Assembly: GCA_963827655.1 (NCBI GenBank)
Contig: CAWHCF010000045.1
Coordinates: forward strand, 56,830-120,829
DNA from: an uncultured Acidobacteriota bacterium
GTDB lineage: Bacteria > Acidobacteriota > UBA6911
Direction of reading: 5' to 3'
DNA length: 64,000 bases
Below are positions 32,980 to 45,097 of this stretch, in pieces (position 1 is the stretch's first letter; each line of letters begins with the position of its first letter). The notes below the pieces were generated by a model, which was not told the DNA's origin, searched no databases, and saw nothing but the letters and a program-made list of their open reading frames with translations. The position numbers and the translations under genes were made by a program.

Positions 32980-34456
32980 ATGGAAATCCTGACAGACGAT
33001 ATCCGAGAAATGAGGAAACGCTTCAGCCGGCGCGCCTTCCTGGGGAGGAGCAGCGCTGGACTGGGCTCGTTGACCCTGGGCCTCCTGCTCGATCCGAAAC
33101 GGATCTGGTCTGCCGAAGCGCCCGTTACTCAAGGGCTCGCTTCCGCAGGCGCCGGCGAGAAGTGGCGCGGAGTTATCCAACCTCTGCATTTTCCTGTGCG
33201 GGCCAAGCGCGTCATTCATCTCTACCAGGCCGGCGGACCCTCGCACCTCGAGCTGTTCGACAACAAGCCGAAGCTCGCCGCGATGGACGGCCAACCCATG
33301 CCCGAATCCCTGACCAAAGGGCAGCCCATCGCCCAGCTTCAAGGGAGGCCGCTCCGCTGCTTCGGACCGCAACACGCCTTTCATCGCTGGGGACAGTCGG
33401 GGCAGGAGATCTCCGTGTTGCTCCCGGAAATCGGGTCGATCGCCGACGAGATCTGCATCATCCGGTCGATGCAGACCGAGCAGATCAACCACGACCCCGC
33501 CCACACTTTCATGAACACCGGCACCCAGATCTCCGGCCGGCCGTCTGCGGGTTCCTGGATCTGGTATGGCATTGGAGCCGAGGCGACGGACCTTCCGGGG
33601 TATGTCGTGCTCGTGTCTCAAGGCCGTGGCGGACAGATGCAACCCATCGCGGCGCGCCAGTGGCACAGCGGTTTTCTCCCCAGCAGCTTCCAGGGGGTGC
33701 AATTCCGCTCCAAAGGCGACGCCGTTCTCTACATGCGCGACCCGGACGGGCGTCAGCCGTAGCCGGCAGCGCGATGTGATCGATGCCGTGACAGCCCTCA
33801 CCCGGAGCCAGCCCGGCTGGGTGGACGATCCTGAGGTCGCGGCTCGGCTGAGCCAGTACGAGATGGCGTTCAAGATGCAGATGAGTCTACCTGCGCTGAC
33901 GGATTTCTCACAGGAGCCCCGTTCAGTTCTTGATGCATATGGCGTCGAGCGGCTGGACGGCTCCTTCGGCGCCAATTGCCTCCTCGCCCGCCGACTGGCT
34001 GAACGGGGAGTGCGTTTCATTCAGCTCTATCACCGCGACTGGGACCACCATAGCCGAATCAAAGGGGACATCGTGATGAAGGCGAAGGAAGTGGACCAGG
34101 CCTCGGCCGCGCTCGTGAAGGATTTGAAGCAACGAGGCATGCTTGACGAGACCCTTGTGATCTGGGGCGGCGAATTCGGACGCACGCCGATGGCACAGGC
34201 GGACGGCCGCGACCACCACATCAAGGGGTTCTCGATCTGGCTCGCCGGGGGTGGGATCCGCGGGGGTATTACCCACGGGGGCACGGACGAGCTAGGTTAC
34301 ATGGCGGTCGACGACGTGGTCTCCGTTCACGACCTCCACGCCACCATGCTTTATCTCCTCGGCATAGACCACACAAAGCTCATATTCAAGTTCCTGGGGA
34401 GAGACTTCCGCCTTACCGACGTTCACGGCCAGGTGGTCAAGAAGATTCTGGCCTGA
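32980..34456 (+). CDS. DUF1501 protein (Tat-exported); frameshift ~33755
   Basis: SRRAFL, AKRVIHLYQAGGPSHLELFD, WGGEFGRTP, GRDFRLTDVHG; usual partner of PSD1. Confidence 0.92.
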
Positions 34457-34800
34457 GTGTTTTCTTCACGGAAGTTGTATGACCTTGCGCCGGCGCCGCC
34501 CGCAGCCGTTTGGCCTGTTTGACACCGATTTGGCGGATCCGATGTCCGACGCGATCGAGTCGTCCCACATACCGAATCGGGTGACACGACAGACACTCAG
34601 TGTCGAAGTCTGCCCAGCGACTGCCTGGACCAACCACACGCGGCGCCGTATCCCCCTTTCGCGATGGCCACGGAGGAGGAGCAATCCGTGATGAGGAAGC
34701 TCTCCAACGCAAACCACGCCCTGACGGATGTGGCTAATAACTGTCGGCCCGTCGATCCTGAATCAATTTATTCACACGTTCGAAGAGCCGGTGAGGGAGC

Positions 34801-35091
34801 TTATTTCTTTTTCCGGCGCTGCACATAGTGGAAGCGGATGAGATAAATCCTCTCCCCGCGGCCATGCTTCGCGACTTTCAGCAGATCGAGCACCCCCAGG
34901 AAGCCGGACTCGCGCGCCAGCTCCGGCGTGATGTCCGTGAAAGTGATCGGCTCGATTGAGTCCACCACAATCTCTCCTCCATCCATCGGATAGCGCCCGC
35001 CGACTCTGACGTGAGGGCGCATCCAGATGCGCACGCTGCACGTGATGTCCCCATTCCGAACACCTTCACGCAAGCGCTTGGCAAATAGCAC
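34801..35091 (-). CDS. ASCH/PUA-like small protein
   Basis: GDITCSVRIW; DITPELARESGF. Confidence 0.7.
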   Translation of the reverse strand: MLFAKRLREGVRNGDITCSVRIWMRPHVRVGGRYPMDGGEIVVDSIEPITFTDITPELARESGFLGVLDLLKVAKHGRGERIYLIRFHYVQRRKKK

Positions 35092-35230
35092 GTCGTCCGC
35101 CTATTTCAACCTGAACCAAGCTGCGGCTTGGTGCCCAACCTCCCCAGCTGAGGATACTCCTGCAGCTTCTGATGCCGGTGTTATGTCAGCTTCGAGCTCT
35201 CGGCCTTGCCGAGACCGGTACGCACCCGCC

Positions 35231-36583
35231 TTAAGCTGGTGCCGGCTTAAACGTCAATCGCCGCCCGAACTCGCGGCGGAGCAGCAGCAGGCTCAGTACC
35301 AACTGGACATACACGCTGGCGACGGAAACGTACCAGATCCACCGCAGCTCAAATCCCGGCATCCGTGCCAGCATCAAGGTAGGTACTGCTACGATCGTGA
35401 TCCGCACAGCGGACGTAAGCAGCGACGGTATGGTGTTGCCCATCGCTTGAAACATGCTCGACGTCACGAAGATCAGACCGGACGCAACGTAGTTCCAAGA
35501 GATGATGCGCAGGTACTCGGCGCCGATCGCGATGGCCGTAGCGTCGTTTGTGAAAATTCCGACCAGCGCGTCCGGAGCGATGTGGCACGCGATTGCGAAC
35601 AGCGCCATCACTATACTCGCCATGAGCGCCGCGTTCTTGAAGGTCGCTTTCACGCGATCAGCCAGACGGGCTCCGAAATTCTGACCTGCAACCGGAGCGA
35701 CGGCAAAGCCGAGCGCCACTACAGGCATGAACCCCGCCATAATGATCCGCTGTCCGATTCCGAAGCCGGCTTGTGCGGCCGTCCCGAACGGGCGCGTAAT
35801 CGAATAGACGAGAACGAGGTAGATGGATATCACGGCAAACTCGAAGCCCGTGGGGAGGCCGATCCCGAGCACCTTACGCCACACTGCGAACTGCGGTCTC
35901 CAATTGCCGACATTGAAGCGGAGGTAAGCATCCTTGCCGACGAAGTACATCGCGAGCCAGACGTTGCCGGCCACTACTGCAATGAAAGTCGAGATGGCGG
36001 CTCCCGTCACGCCGAACGCTCGGCCGGTTCCCCAACCAAATATGAGAATCGGCGCCAGAATCATGTTGAGGATGACGGTCGCCGTGGCCACTACCGTCCC
36101 CGGCTTGAAGTTGCCGATGCCACGCAGCGCCGCTCCCATGGCAACCATCGCGAACTGCAGCGCCATCGCGGGTATGAACCAGAGGAGGTAGTCGGCGGCC
36201 AGGGAGGCTGTGTTTGCGTCGGGACTCATCGAGCTCGAGTACGGCAACCGCGTCAGAAGACCGACGATCAGAAACGCAAACCCGGTGACCATCGCGAGCA
36301 CTTGCGATTGGTTGAAGAGCAGGCGGGCCTGGTCGTGGTCCTTGCGGCCAACCGCATGCGACACGACCGCAGTCGTGCCCACGCCGAGCATTTGCGTGAA
36401 CGCGAGGACGAGGAAGCTGACGTTGCCCGCGATCCCCACCGCGGCGACGGCGTCGGTGCCGAGCCGTCCCACCCAGTACAGATCGATCAGGAAGTACAGC
36501 GTCTGAAAGACCATCATCACGAGCATGAAACTCGTGGTCTTGAGCAGGTGACGCATGAGCGGGCCATTAGTGAGATCCTGCAT
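35231..36583 (-). CDS. MATE family efflux transporter
   Basis: MQDLTNGP, DLYWVGRLG, LRGIGN, GQNFGA; about 12 transmembrane segments. Confidence 0.92.
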   Translation of the reverse strand: MQDLTNGPLMRHLLKTTSFMLVMMVFQTLYFLIDLYWVGRLGTDAVAAVGIAGNVSFLVLAFTQMLGVGTTAVVSHAVGRKDHDQARLLFNQSQVLAMVTGFAFLIVGLLTRLPYSSSMSPDANTASLAADYLLWFIPAMALQFAMVAMGAALRGIGNFKPGTVVATATVILNMILAPILIFGWGTGRAFGVTGAAISTFIAVVAGNVWLAMYFVGKDAYLRFNVGNWRPQFAVWRKVLGIGLPTGFEFAVISIYLVLVYSITRPFGTAAQAGFGIGQRIIMAGFMPVVALGFAVAPVAGQNFGARLADRVKATFKNAALMASIVMALFAIACHIAPDALVGIFTNDATAIAIGAEYLRIISWNYVASGLIFVTSSMFQAMGNTIPSLLTSAVRITIVAVPTLMLARMPGFELRWIWYVSVASVYVQLVLSLLLLRREFGRRLTFKPAPA

Positions 36584-37173
36584 CAGAGCTCTCGGGGGTC
36601 GGCTAGCTGTGCTGCCGGCCATAACTTGGGAAAAATCTTGTCGCTATCGGGCCACCAGAAGCACAACCTCCCGATCGACAACCTGGTGACGTCCGGCGCG
36701 TAGGGTCAGTGCGACACTCTACTCGCGTGCCATCACCCGGCATGCAGGCACGGTACATCCGCGCAGGAAGCCGCGGCAGGGCGAATAACTCGTTCCAATC
36801 GTTCCAGTCATTGGGTCGGATCACCATCTCGTTTTAAGGCGAAGGCCAGACGATCCATTGCCTCCCATCGCCGTAGAGCCCGCCGGTATGATGGGCGATA
36901 GGATAGATGGATACGCCTGCGCCCCTCAGCTCCGGGGAATGGTGCCAATTCTACCAAAATATTTGGGTGCGCGAGGAGGTTGAGATTGCGGATCGCAGGA
37001 TTATTTCGACTGATCCGACTGGATCATCGACTACAACACCGTCGTTCGACCTTCGACGAAGTCGCCGCACTCAGCGTCGAGGGCCTGAACAAACTCTGCC
37101 ATCGCTCAGGTAAAGCGCATAACACCCGAAACTGCGAGGCGCTCTCGGCCTGGCGCGCCGCGGCGCGGCCGCG

Positions 37174-39049
37174 CTAAGACCGCTCCCGCCCGAACGTGTT
37201 TCCGAAGTCGACGTCGACCTGGATCGAGTACGCGCGGCTATCGGGCTGCCGTAGCGCGGCCCCGTCCGCGGCCAGGATCATCACCCGCGCGCCGGCGGCG
37301 GGCGAAGTGTAAGCGATGACGCCGTTTTCGGGCTGAACGAAGCCGAAATAGCAACGCTTCGAGACCTGCATCGCCTTGGGCAGAACGACTTGGTGAAAGC
37401 CCGCCCCGTCGATGTTTAGCGTCTCGGTCTCCGCGAGCACGCGATACTCTTCGTCGTACAGGCGCACGCGCAAGGAGCCCGGTCGCTTGGCGTAGACCCG
37501 CAGAACCCGGACCGGACCGAGCATGGTAATGGGCCGGTCGACGAAGGCGATCTCGACGCCGGCGGACGTGTCGACGTTCGGCCGATCGATGACCGCCAGC
37601 CCTTGCGGGTACGAGAAGACAAGGTCGTCGATTCGTACGGCGGGCGCGAACCCTGTCTCATAGAAGGTGACGCCGTTGTCGGGGGTGCCGTTCTCCCCGG
37701 CCGAATCGTAGACGAAGACGTCGGCCTTGTCGGTGGGCGTGAGCGAATAGACGCGTCGATGCTGGCTGCATTTCAAGGCCGCCCGCGGTCATCGAGAAGG
37801 TGATGGGCCCGTAGATGTCGTTGCGGTAAACCCCCGCGTGGTGCCCGGGGTCTTTGACCGGCTTGTCGCTTTTCTGATAACGAAATCTGGGCGGCGGGTG
37901 CAGCTCGGTGCGCATCGCCTCGACGATCACGTCGAGCAGAGTCTCGCCGTGGGTCTGGGGGTCGAGGTCCGTTCTGGTCTCGAGGTCGCGGGCGGTCAGC
38001 TCCGGGCGATGGCGCAGCAGTTCGAAGGCCGCGCAGATCGCCTCCGGCGCGCCCAGCGGCTCGCCGTTGGTCAGCGCGACGATGCCGAACTTGTCTTGCG
38101 GGAACAGGCTGACGCAGGTGGCGGCCCCCAGAGCAAAAGCGCCCGAATGGCCCAGCCGCTCGAGGAGGCCCCTGTCGTCGGCCTGCATGATCCAGCCGAG
38201 GGAATACACCTTCGGTGCCGGCATCGTCCGGGACAAGACCGCGGTGAGGTACTGGTGATACTTCTGGTCGGAGGCGTCGAGATCGATCCCCAGCCAGAGG
38301 CGCATCCACTGGGTGAGGTCGACGATCGTCGAGCTGACCCCGCCGGCCGGCGACTGCGCATCCGGGTTGCGCTCCTCGCCCCCCACGTGCCAGGTGCCGT
38401 CGGCGCCGCGCCGGTGAAGGGAGGCGCGGTTGGGCCGCCCGACGAAATCACCGTAGCGCGCGCTGGTTTGCGTCATCCGCGCCCGCTGAAAGAAGCTCTG
38501 GGCCAGGGCCTCCCAGGTGGTGCCGGCGGCGGCTGCGGCCGCGACCGCCGCGGCGGTGAACCCGAAGTTGGTGTACGCATAGGGGGCGGGCTCCGGCTCG
38601 CGGGGCAGCTTTCGTATCGCCTCGAGCACCTCGTCGCGCCCGTGACCCTGATCTTCGAGCTTGTCTCCCGCGTGGTCGGACAGGCCGCTTCGGTGCGAGA
38701 GCAACTGGTCGAACGTCGGGGGATGGTCGCGCCAGGCCCCGGGGACCTTGTCGAGCCACTTGAGCTTGCCGCCGGCCGGCGCGGTCAGCCCCGCGAGGAC
38801 TGTGGTCGTGATGGGCTTCGACACAGACGCGAGCTGAAATACGGTGTCCCTATCGACGGCCAAACCCGGGGCGGCCAAGCTGCGCACGCCCGCGCACTTC
38901 TCGCCGAGGAACGGTCCCCGAGCGCCGGTCGCGCCGCCGACCACGGCGACGGCGACCCCCGGGACCCCGAGCTTGTCTTTCACATGGTCGATGTACGAAC
39001 AGAGCTCACCCCAGAACTTGAGTTCGCCTTGCTGCAAAGCTTTTGGCAT
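37174..39049 (-). CDS. Serine hydrolase (beta-lactamase class C-like) with C-terminal extension; frameshift ~37780
   Basis: ASVSK (SxxK), YTN (YxN), HSG; continues in ORF 37174-37776. Confidence 0.82.
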
Positions 39050-39110
39050 GATGACGTCCTCCTCGAATCAAGGCCCAACACGCAGCGGTACACACCAGAA
39101 ACGACCGTCC

Positions 39111-39752
39111 TTACTTCAGATCGTGAAGCTGGACGTACTGCAACACATTTCCTTCCTTCAGAGCCTTGTCGATCGCGCTCGCATTGGGCGCGTAGATGAA
39201 CGGCCGGCGAGGATAGATCCGGTCGTTGACCCAGTTCGCGTTCCAGCCGGTCGTGGTGCGAATGAATTCCTGCGTGAACGAGCCCTTCACCCCGCGATAC
39301 AGCGACTCCAGCTCCAGGCAGCCGTTGATACAGATATCGACGTACGACTGAACCATCGGAAACGTGGGGGTCGGCTCCTTGGTCTTGGAGATCGACTTCG
39401 GATTGCTGACGAAGATATAGACGTTCACGTCGCCGCCGACTTTCAGCGGCCCGCTGCCATCCAGCATCACGAAGTCATCCGCTTTGAGTTGAACGGCCGT
39501 GTACCCGGTTTCCCGCTGTTTGGTGGCCTCGATATCGTTGACCGGGTAGACAGCCCCGTTGATAGTCTGGCCCTTGGCTGGTTCAGCGCCCAGATAGGTA
39601 CAGGTGCTGCCGACGTTGTCGGCGAACTGGTGGAACCATCCGCGTTGATAGCCGGTCACGCGCGCCGGCCAGGCGCCAACGGCCTCCGGGTTCGTGCGCG
39701 TCCGCGACGCCCGCTCGAGGAGTGAACCATATCCAAACACGTAGCTTGTCAT
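39111..39752 (-). CDS. Gamma-glutamylcyclotransferase-like protein
   Basis: YVFGYGSL, RETGY, QSYVDIC; GGAGG RBS. Confidence 0.8.
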   Translation of the reverse strand: MTSYVFGYGSLLERASRTRTNPEAVGAWPARVTGYQRGWFHQFADNVGSTCTYLGAEPAKGQTINGAVYPVNDIEATKQRETGYTAVQLKADDFVMLDGSGPLKVGGDVNVYIFVSNPKSISKTKEPTPTFPMVQSYVDICINGCLELESLYRGVKGSFTQEFIRTTTGWNANWVNDRIYPRRPFIYAPNASAIDKALKEGNVLQYVQLHDLK

Positions 39753-40435
39753 GTCGCAGCCTCCTGATTCCTTTGATGATTGGATGTCCTGGCACGTTTG
39801 AACGGAAGCACCTCCCAGGACATGACGCAAGTACTCGACCATCAATACAAGCTGCTCTACGAGTCGCAGATTCCCCGGATGACAAATTCCACTGATTATC
39901 AGCAGCCGGCGTTGTGACAATTTGGTGTGACCGTAAAGCGCAATTCAGCCTCACAGAATTCATACCGACGGGTCTAAGTCGTTTATTGCCGATTGTCTGC
40001 CCGATCTGGCACCGAGATGCAGACTGCCATGAGGTTTTTCATCTTGCAACGGTATTCGCGCATGGCCTGAAGCACCAAGACTATTACCCATTGAAAGAAA
40101 AAGAGGGATTCGAAATGACAACAGGAACTGGAGTCGCTCCTAAGAGAGCTCTTCAAATGACACTGGAACCACTTTTTGTGGACGACCTCGGTTCAAGGGG
40201 CGCGCGATCCGGCTGCACCTTGGTTTCACGCTGAGAGTCCGATCGCTTTCTACAATAGTTGAGGCAGGGATTGTGAACACTTTGCGCAAGGTCATACTGA
40301 GAGGGCCCTGTTTACATCGCACGGCAGCAGTTACTGGTGATGTGCGTCTTTATCATTACGCTCGGTATTGTTGCTGCGCTATGCCGGAATCGATCGCCTG
40401 CGTCGAGTTTATCCCGGACCGGAATCATACTGTGG

Positions 40436-40678
40436 GCAGCGGGACGCTCGTCCTCTCACCCTGATGAACCGGTCTGAGTGACCGCCCGATCGCCGCCGTG
40501 GCGAAAGCCTGCAAAATTTCATCCCAGCCTAAAAGTTTTGGTCTATGATCGGCCAATCGGATGCCGCAGAACGGTCGGACCGGGCGCTCGAGTTGACATA
40601 ATGTCTGCCTTATCGGAAACTGGGCCGACCCCGCAACCGGGGGGCGCGAGGAAAACGGCTCTTGTTCGGCCTATCCGC
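40436..40678 (+). repeat. dif+oriIS-like unit, copy A; dif-like core 40591-40620
   Basis: AGTTGACATAA-TGTCTGCC-TTATCGGAAAC, then a GC hairpin and GAAAACGGCTCTTGTTCGGCCTATCCGC; nearly identical to 56962-57199. Confidence 0.9.
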
Positions 40679-40810
40679 TTCGTGGTTCGCTTGGTTGGCG
40701 TAGGTGGCCGACGTCTGGTTGAAAGGGATCAACTGCAGGAGAACTGTGGATCCAAAACGCAGTTTATTTCGACCATCCGCGCAACTATAATGAACAGCTA
40801 GCTACGGGAG

Positions 40811-41443
40811 GTGGAGATGGCAGCGCCGGCGTGGAACATAAGCGGCCAGTATTACGAAACCTGCAATTGCGACTTTGTTTGTCCGTGCCTGCCCGGAAAG
40901 ATGGCAGTTAGCCCGACGAAAGGGACTTGCACGTTTGTGATGGCATTTGAGATCGAGCGGGGGAGCTACGGCAGTCTGCCGCTTGACGGGTTAGGCTTCA
41001 TCGTCCTCGGTTTTACGCCTGGGGCGATGGCTAATGGCAACTGGTCAGTTGGGTTGATCGCCGATGAGCGCGCGAGCGTCCAGCAGCGCGACGCCATCAC
41101 TGCCATCGCGAGCGGCGCAGCAGGAGGGCCGATGGCAGCGCTGTCGGGGCTCGTGGGTCAGTTTCTGGGTGTGGCGTCTGCGCCGATTCGCTTCGATCGC
41201 ACCGGGGCCAGATGGTCGGTGGAAGCGCAGGGCCTGGTGGATATGGCTGCGGAAGGCGTGACCGGGCTGGATCCAAATGCAACAGAGCCTCTCCACCTCG
41301 ACAACACAGGCCATCCGGCTGCAGACCGCTTTGCTCTCGCCCGTGCGTTGAAGACCCACGTAAACGCGCTAGGGCTGAAGGTGGCCGAGGCCACAGGCAA
41401 GAACAACGGACAATATGCGCCGTTTTCCTGGCAGGGGTCGTAA
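40811..41443 (+). CDS. DUF1326 family protein
   Basis: YYETCNCDFVCPC; standard pairing with DUF2182. Confidence 0.88.
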   Translation: MEMAAPAWNISGQYYETCNCDFVCPCLPGKMAVSPTKGTCTFVMAFEIERGSYGSLPLDGLGFIVLGFTPGAMANGNWSVGLIADERASVQQRDAITAIASGAAGGPMAALSGLVGQFLGVASAPIRFDRTGARWSVEAQGLVDMAAEGVTGLDPNATEPLHLDNTGHPAADRFALARALKTHVNALGLKVAEATGKNNGQYAPFSWQGS

Positions 41444-42239
41444 CTTGCCAGCTTCACCGACCGCGACTGTCGCGGCTCTTCCCGTACCGGACCGCGTTCT
41501 CATCGCTGCGTGCATTGCTCTGATCACATTTCTCGCGTGGCTCTATCTGGTTCATCTCGATCGTCAAATGGCGATTGATCTGCGGCACGTGCAGATGATG
41601 GCAGAGCGTGGCATGACAATGGACATGCCGTGCATGAGCACCGATGTCTCTCTCACGTTCGCTATGTGGGTAGTCATGATGGTAGGCATGATGGCGCCTT
41701 CGGCGTCACCGATGCTTATGCTATTCGGTGCATCCAGGGCAGGCCGCGGCGAGCGCGGCGTGTCGATGGCAACGCTGGCGTTCGGGCTCGGATACGTGGC
41801 AGTTTGGGCCGGGTTCAGCTTGTGTGCGACTTTTGCTCAGTGGGCGTTGCACCAAGCCGCAATGCTGTCTTCGGCTGGAATGGCTTTGTCCAGCGGACAT
41901 CTGAGCGGCGGCGTTCTGATCGCCGCAGGCATCTATCAACTGACTGCCTGGAAAAGCAGATGTTTGACACATTGCCGGAGCCCGCTCGGATTCCTCATGA
42001 CGAATTGGCGCGATGGGACCAGCGGCGCGTTCGGCATGGGATTGCGCCACGGAATTTATTGTCTTGGATGTTGTTGGGCGTTGATGTGCGTGCTGTTCGC
42101 TGTGGGTGTGATGAATCTTGTATGGATAGCAATCTTAGCCGTCCTAGTTCTGGCTGAGAAGATCGGACCGGCCGGCGCCGCGTTGGCTCGCTTTGCAGGG
42201 GTTGCTTTGGTGCTGGTGGGTGTTTTGCGCTTGTTCTGA
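41415..42239 (+). CDS. DUF2182 metal-binding membrane protein (start uncertain)
   Basis: MWVVMMVGMMAPS, KSRCLTHCRSP, YCLGCCWALM. Confidence 0.9.
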   Translation: MRRFPGRGRNLPASPTATVAALPVPDRVLIAACIALITFLAWLYLVHLDRQMAIDLRHVQMMAERGMTMDMPCMSTDVSLTFAMWVVMMVGMMAPSASPMLMLFGASRAGRGERGVSMATLAFGLGYVAVWAGFSLCATFAQWALHQAAMLSSAGMALSSGHLSGGVLIAAGIYQLTAWKSRCLTHCRSPLGFLMTNWRDGTSGAFGMGLRHGIYCLGCCWALMCVLFAVGVMNLVWIAILAVLVLAEKIGPAGAALARFAGVALVLVGVLRLF

Positions 42240-42492
42240 GCTGACCGTGAAGTGAGCACATGACACGCATAGAGGTTGCCTACTTCTGGTAGGCTTTCGC
42301 CTTCCCGTCGGAGTTGCTGATGAGCATGGTCACGTGGCTGATCGTGGGCGTTGTCGTTGTCGTCCTGTATGTCTGGTAACATAAAGCCCCTTCTCAGAAC
42401 CTGAGACTCGAGCTGAAAATGACGCTTGTTTCCGCTTGTTTCTCTTATCCTCTTGCTAGAGGTGGAAGACAGAGTGGGTTAGCGCTTCAATC

Positions 42493-42658
42493 GGTGCTTC
42501 CGTCATCAAGTGTTGCTGGGATGGACTTAAAACTTTATGAGGCAGGATATTACAGACGAATTTGACTTCAGCAGTTCTAATCTGAGCTAAATCGGACATA
42601 AGTATCTTAGACACAATTAGATGGGACCGAGCCAGCAACAGTAGATTGCGGAAGCACC
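42493..42658. mobile_element. MITE (166 bp), same family as 28442-28606, followed by an extra terminal repeat (42659-42679)
   Basis: GGTGCTTCCGTCATCAAGTGTTGCTGG ... CCAGCAACAGTAGATTGCGGAAGCACC, then ACAATTGATGACGGAAGCACC. Confidence 0.72.
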
Positions 42659-42756
42659 ACAATTGATGACGGAAGCACCAGGATTGCGACAATTCGTCCT
42701 GGTCGCGTGGATGATGACGGCAAATTCGGAATTCGCCAGGGACAGGAAGTAAGCCG

Positions 42757-44578
42757 ATGCTTCGATCCGCGTTTCTGATCGCGACGATCCTGATTGTTCG
42801 CGCTCCTGCGGACGCACAGCCCGTCCGCATCACGCACGGTCCAATGCTGGGCCATGTAACGAGCAACGGCATTGCAATCTGGGCTCGCACCTCACGTCCG
42901 GGCGAGTTTCGTGTCCGTTACGGAATGACCGCGGAGCGGTTGGATCAAGTCACGACTCCGGTGTCTACGGCCCTGGATCGAGACAACACGGCATGGGTTA
43001 CGATCGCGGGTCTGCGGCCCGATACACGCTACCACTATCAGCCGGTCACAGTAAACGACGTTGGTCCCGCCGGCTCATTCACGACGCTGCCTTCGGCCGA
43101 CGAATATCGAGATCCGGTCACCAATCCTCGCGGGTTGTTCAACTTTCGTTTTCAGTTCGGCTCGTGCGCGAATCAGAAGCCGGGGAACGGCACCGGCCCC
43201 GGCTTGCCCGCTTATGGCACGATGCTCGAGCGCTTGCCGGGCAAGATCCTTTTTTCCGTCATGAACGGCGACTGGCTCTACGAAGACAAGCGCGAGTTTA
43301 CGGTGGATCAGTGGCGGGACCAGGTTGCGCTGAAGGGCGACGTGCCGCGCATTCTCCAGTTGGCGCCGTCGCTCGCGGGTGTCTGGGAAAACTATAAGTA
43401 CTTTCTGGAACGTGGCGCAAATTTGGCCGCGTGGCACCGAGTGATGCCCTCCTACTACACTCCGGACGATCACGAGATTCTGAACGATATCTACGGCACG
43501 GCCGAGGTGGGACGCCGCGACAGACGGACGGTTTTTCGCGACATCGGAATGCGCGCCTGGTTCGACTACCTGGCCGGCTCACAGCCTGTGCCGTATGCAC
43601 AGCCGGCTTATATGGGCGAGGCGACACTTACCGGCCGGGTCCGATGTCCTGGTGGACAAGTCGGCGAATTTCATGAAACTCGACCGGAAGCAGATCTCGA
43701 ACCTGCATGTGCACTGGGGAGGACAGTACGCCGGCGTCGACGAGGGTCGCTTTCCCGTCGGCAGCGGAGACCCGAACGCGGGCGTCTATGAGCTTGTTGA
43801 GGTAATGGACAACAACCGGCTGCGAATCCGTCCGGCCGCATCTGAGAGCCGCAGCTCTGTTTACTCCCTCGGCCGAATGTCGTTCTCGAGTTTCCGTGTC
43901 GGCAACGTGGAGTTCTTCCTCCTTGACACGCGCTCTCTTCGCGATCTGCAGGATACGAAGAACCCCAACAAGCCGGGCACGTCCCTGTTGGGACGCACAC
44001 AGCGCGAGTGGCTCATGAACTCGATGAAGAACAGCGACGCGGATTTCTTCTTCATCGCCTCTTCCGTCAACGTCACCGTGCCGCATGAGGGACCGCCGGG
44101 AGGCGGCCTGATCGAGAACAAGGACGACGCCTGGACGGCGTTCCTCGAAGAACGCGAAGCGATGATCCGGTTCTGGGACTCGCTCGGGAAGCCCGTCATG
44201 ATCATGACCGGCGACCTGCACAATAGCTGGGCCGTGCGCATCACGGACCGCGTCTGGGAATTTGCGTCGGGCCCACTGGGCTCACAGAATCATCCAGCCA
44301 AGAGCGAAGGAGGCCGGCCGCCCAACGGCGAGTTCGATTCACGCGGGCGCAAAGTGGACATCCGCTGGTCCAGCTACATCCGCGATGACATGCCCACCGC
44401 GCTTCGCAAGATTCCCTACTACGCAGTGGCTCAGATCAACAACGTGTTCGACAATCCGGCGGAACCGGGTAAGTCGCGCTGGGTGGCGTACCCACGGCTG
44501 CACGTCGTCATCCAGTATTACGACGGCCGAACGGGAGATCTTGTCTACGCCGAATCGGTCCACGCGGGGAAGCGCTGA
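42757..44578 (+). CDS. PhoD-like alkaline phosphatase / metallophosphatase; frameshift ~43630
   Basis: FGSC, NGDWLY, DDHE, LLDTR, TGDLH. Confidence 0.85.
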
Positions 44579-44640
44579 CTGTAGAGTCGTCAGGCGTAAA
44601 GAGTTGGCGACGGACAGCGGGCTAAAAGTCGGCAACTACT

Positions 44641-44898
44641 TCATCGGCCATCACCGACCAGCACGAATCCCGCCCAGTAGAACGGATGACTGGTCTCAGG
44701 ATTCTTCATCAGCTTCAAGGCCGCCCGTCGCAACGCTTCGGCCTTGGCCGCTCTCGTATTCTGGACGGCAAGCTGCGACTTGAGGTTGCCATGAAAGCCC
44801 ACCATCAAATCGCGTGTGCTGGCCGACTCAACCTTCCACTGACTAACCACAGTTGCCGGCACTCTGGCGACGAACAGTGCCCAGGTCAATCCAATCAT
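44641..44898 (-). pseudogene. C-terminal fragment of a CHAT-domain protein
   Basis: GLTWALF, VVSQWKV, HPFYWAGFVLVGD. Confidence 0.8.
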
Positions 44899-45097
44899 CT
44901 CTTGGCGCTCGGCGTGCCGTTCGGCAGCGCGGAGAACTGCCGCCTATCGCCCGATGCGGACGACAGGTAGGTTGTTGGCAGTCGCGTCGGATGACCGTCA
45001 TGGACGTTGAGGAGCACCGTGAGCCACACTGGCGCTCTCACGGGTCTGCGGTGGTACCGACGAGACCAATGCGGTGTCTGCGGAGTACAATGGATTT

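Noticed and set aside
31384-34020. 878 aa minus-strand ORF and other long antisense ORFs (1905-3437, 35027-36703, 37838-39199, 55207-56538)
   Set aside because: They are shadow frames opposite well-supported genes in high-GC DNA and show no recognisable motifs.
40593-40621. TTGACA in the repeat as a sigma70 promoter driving cargo
   Set aside because: The hexamer 17 bp downstream is GAAACT, a poor -10. TTGACA is explained by the XerD-like arm. It cannot be fully excluded without transcript data.
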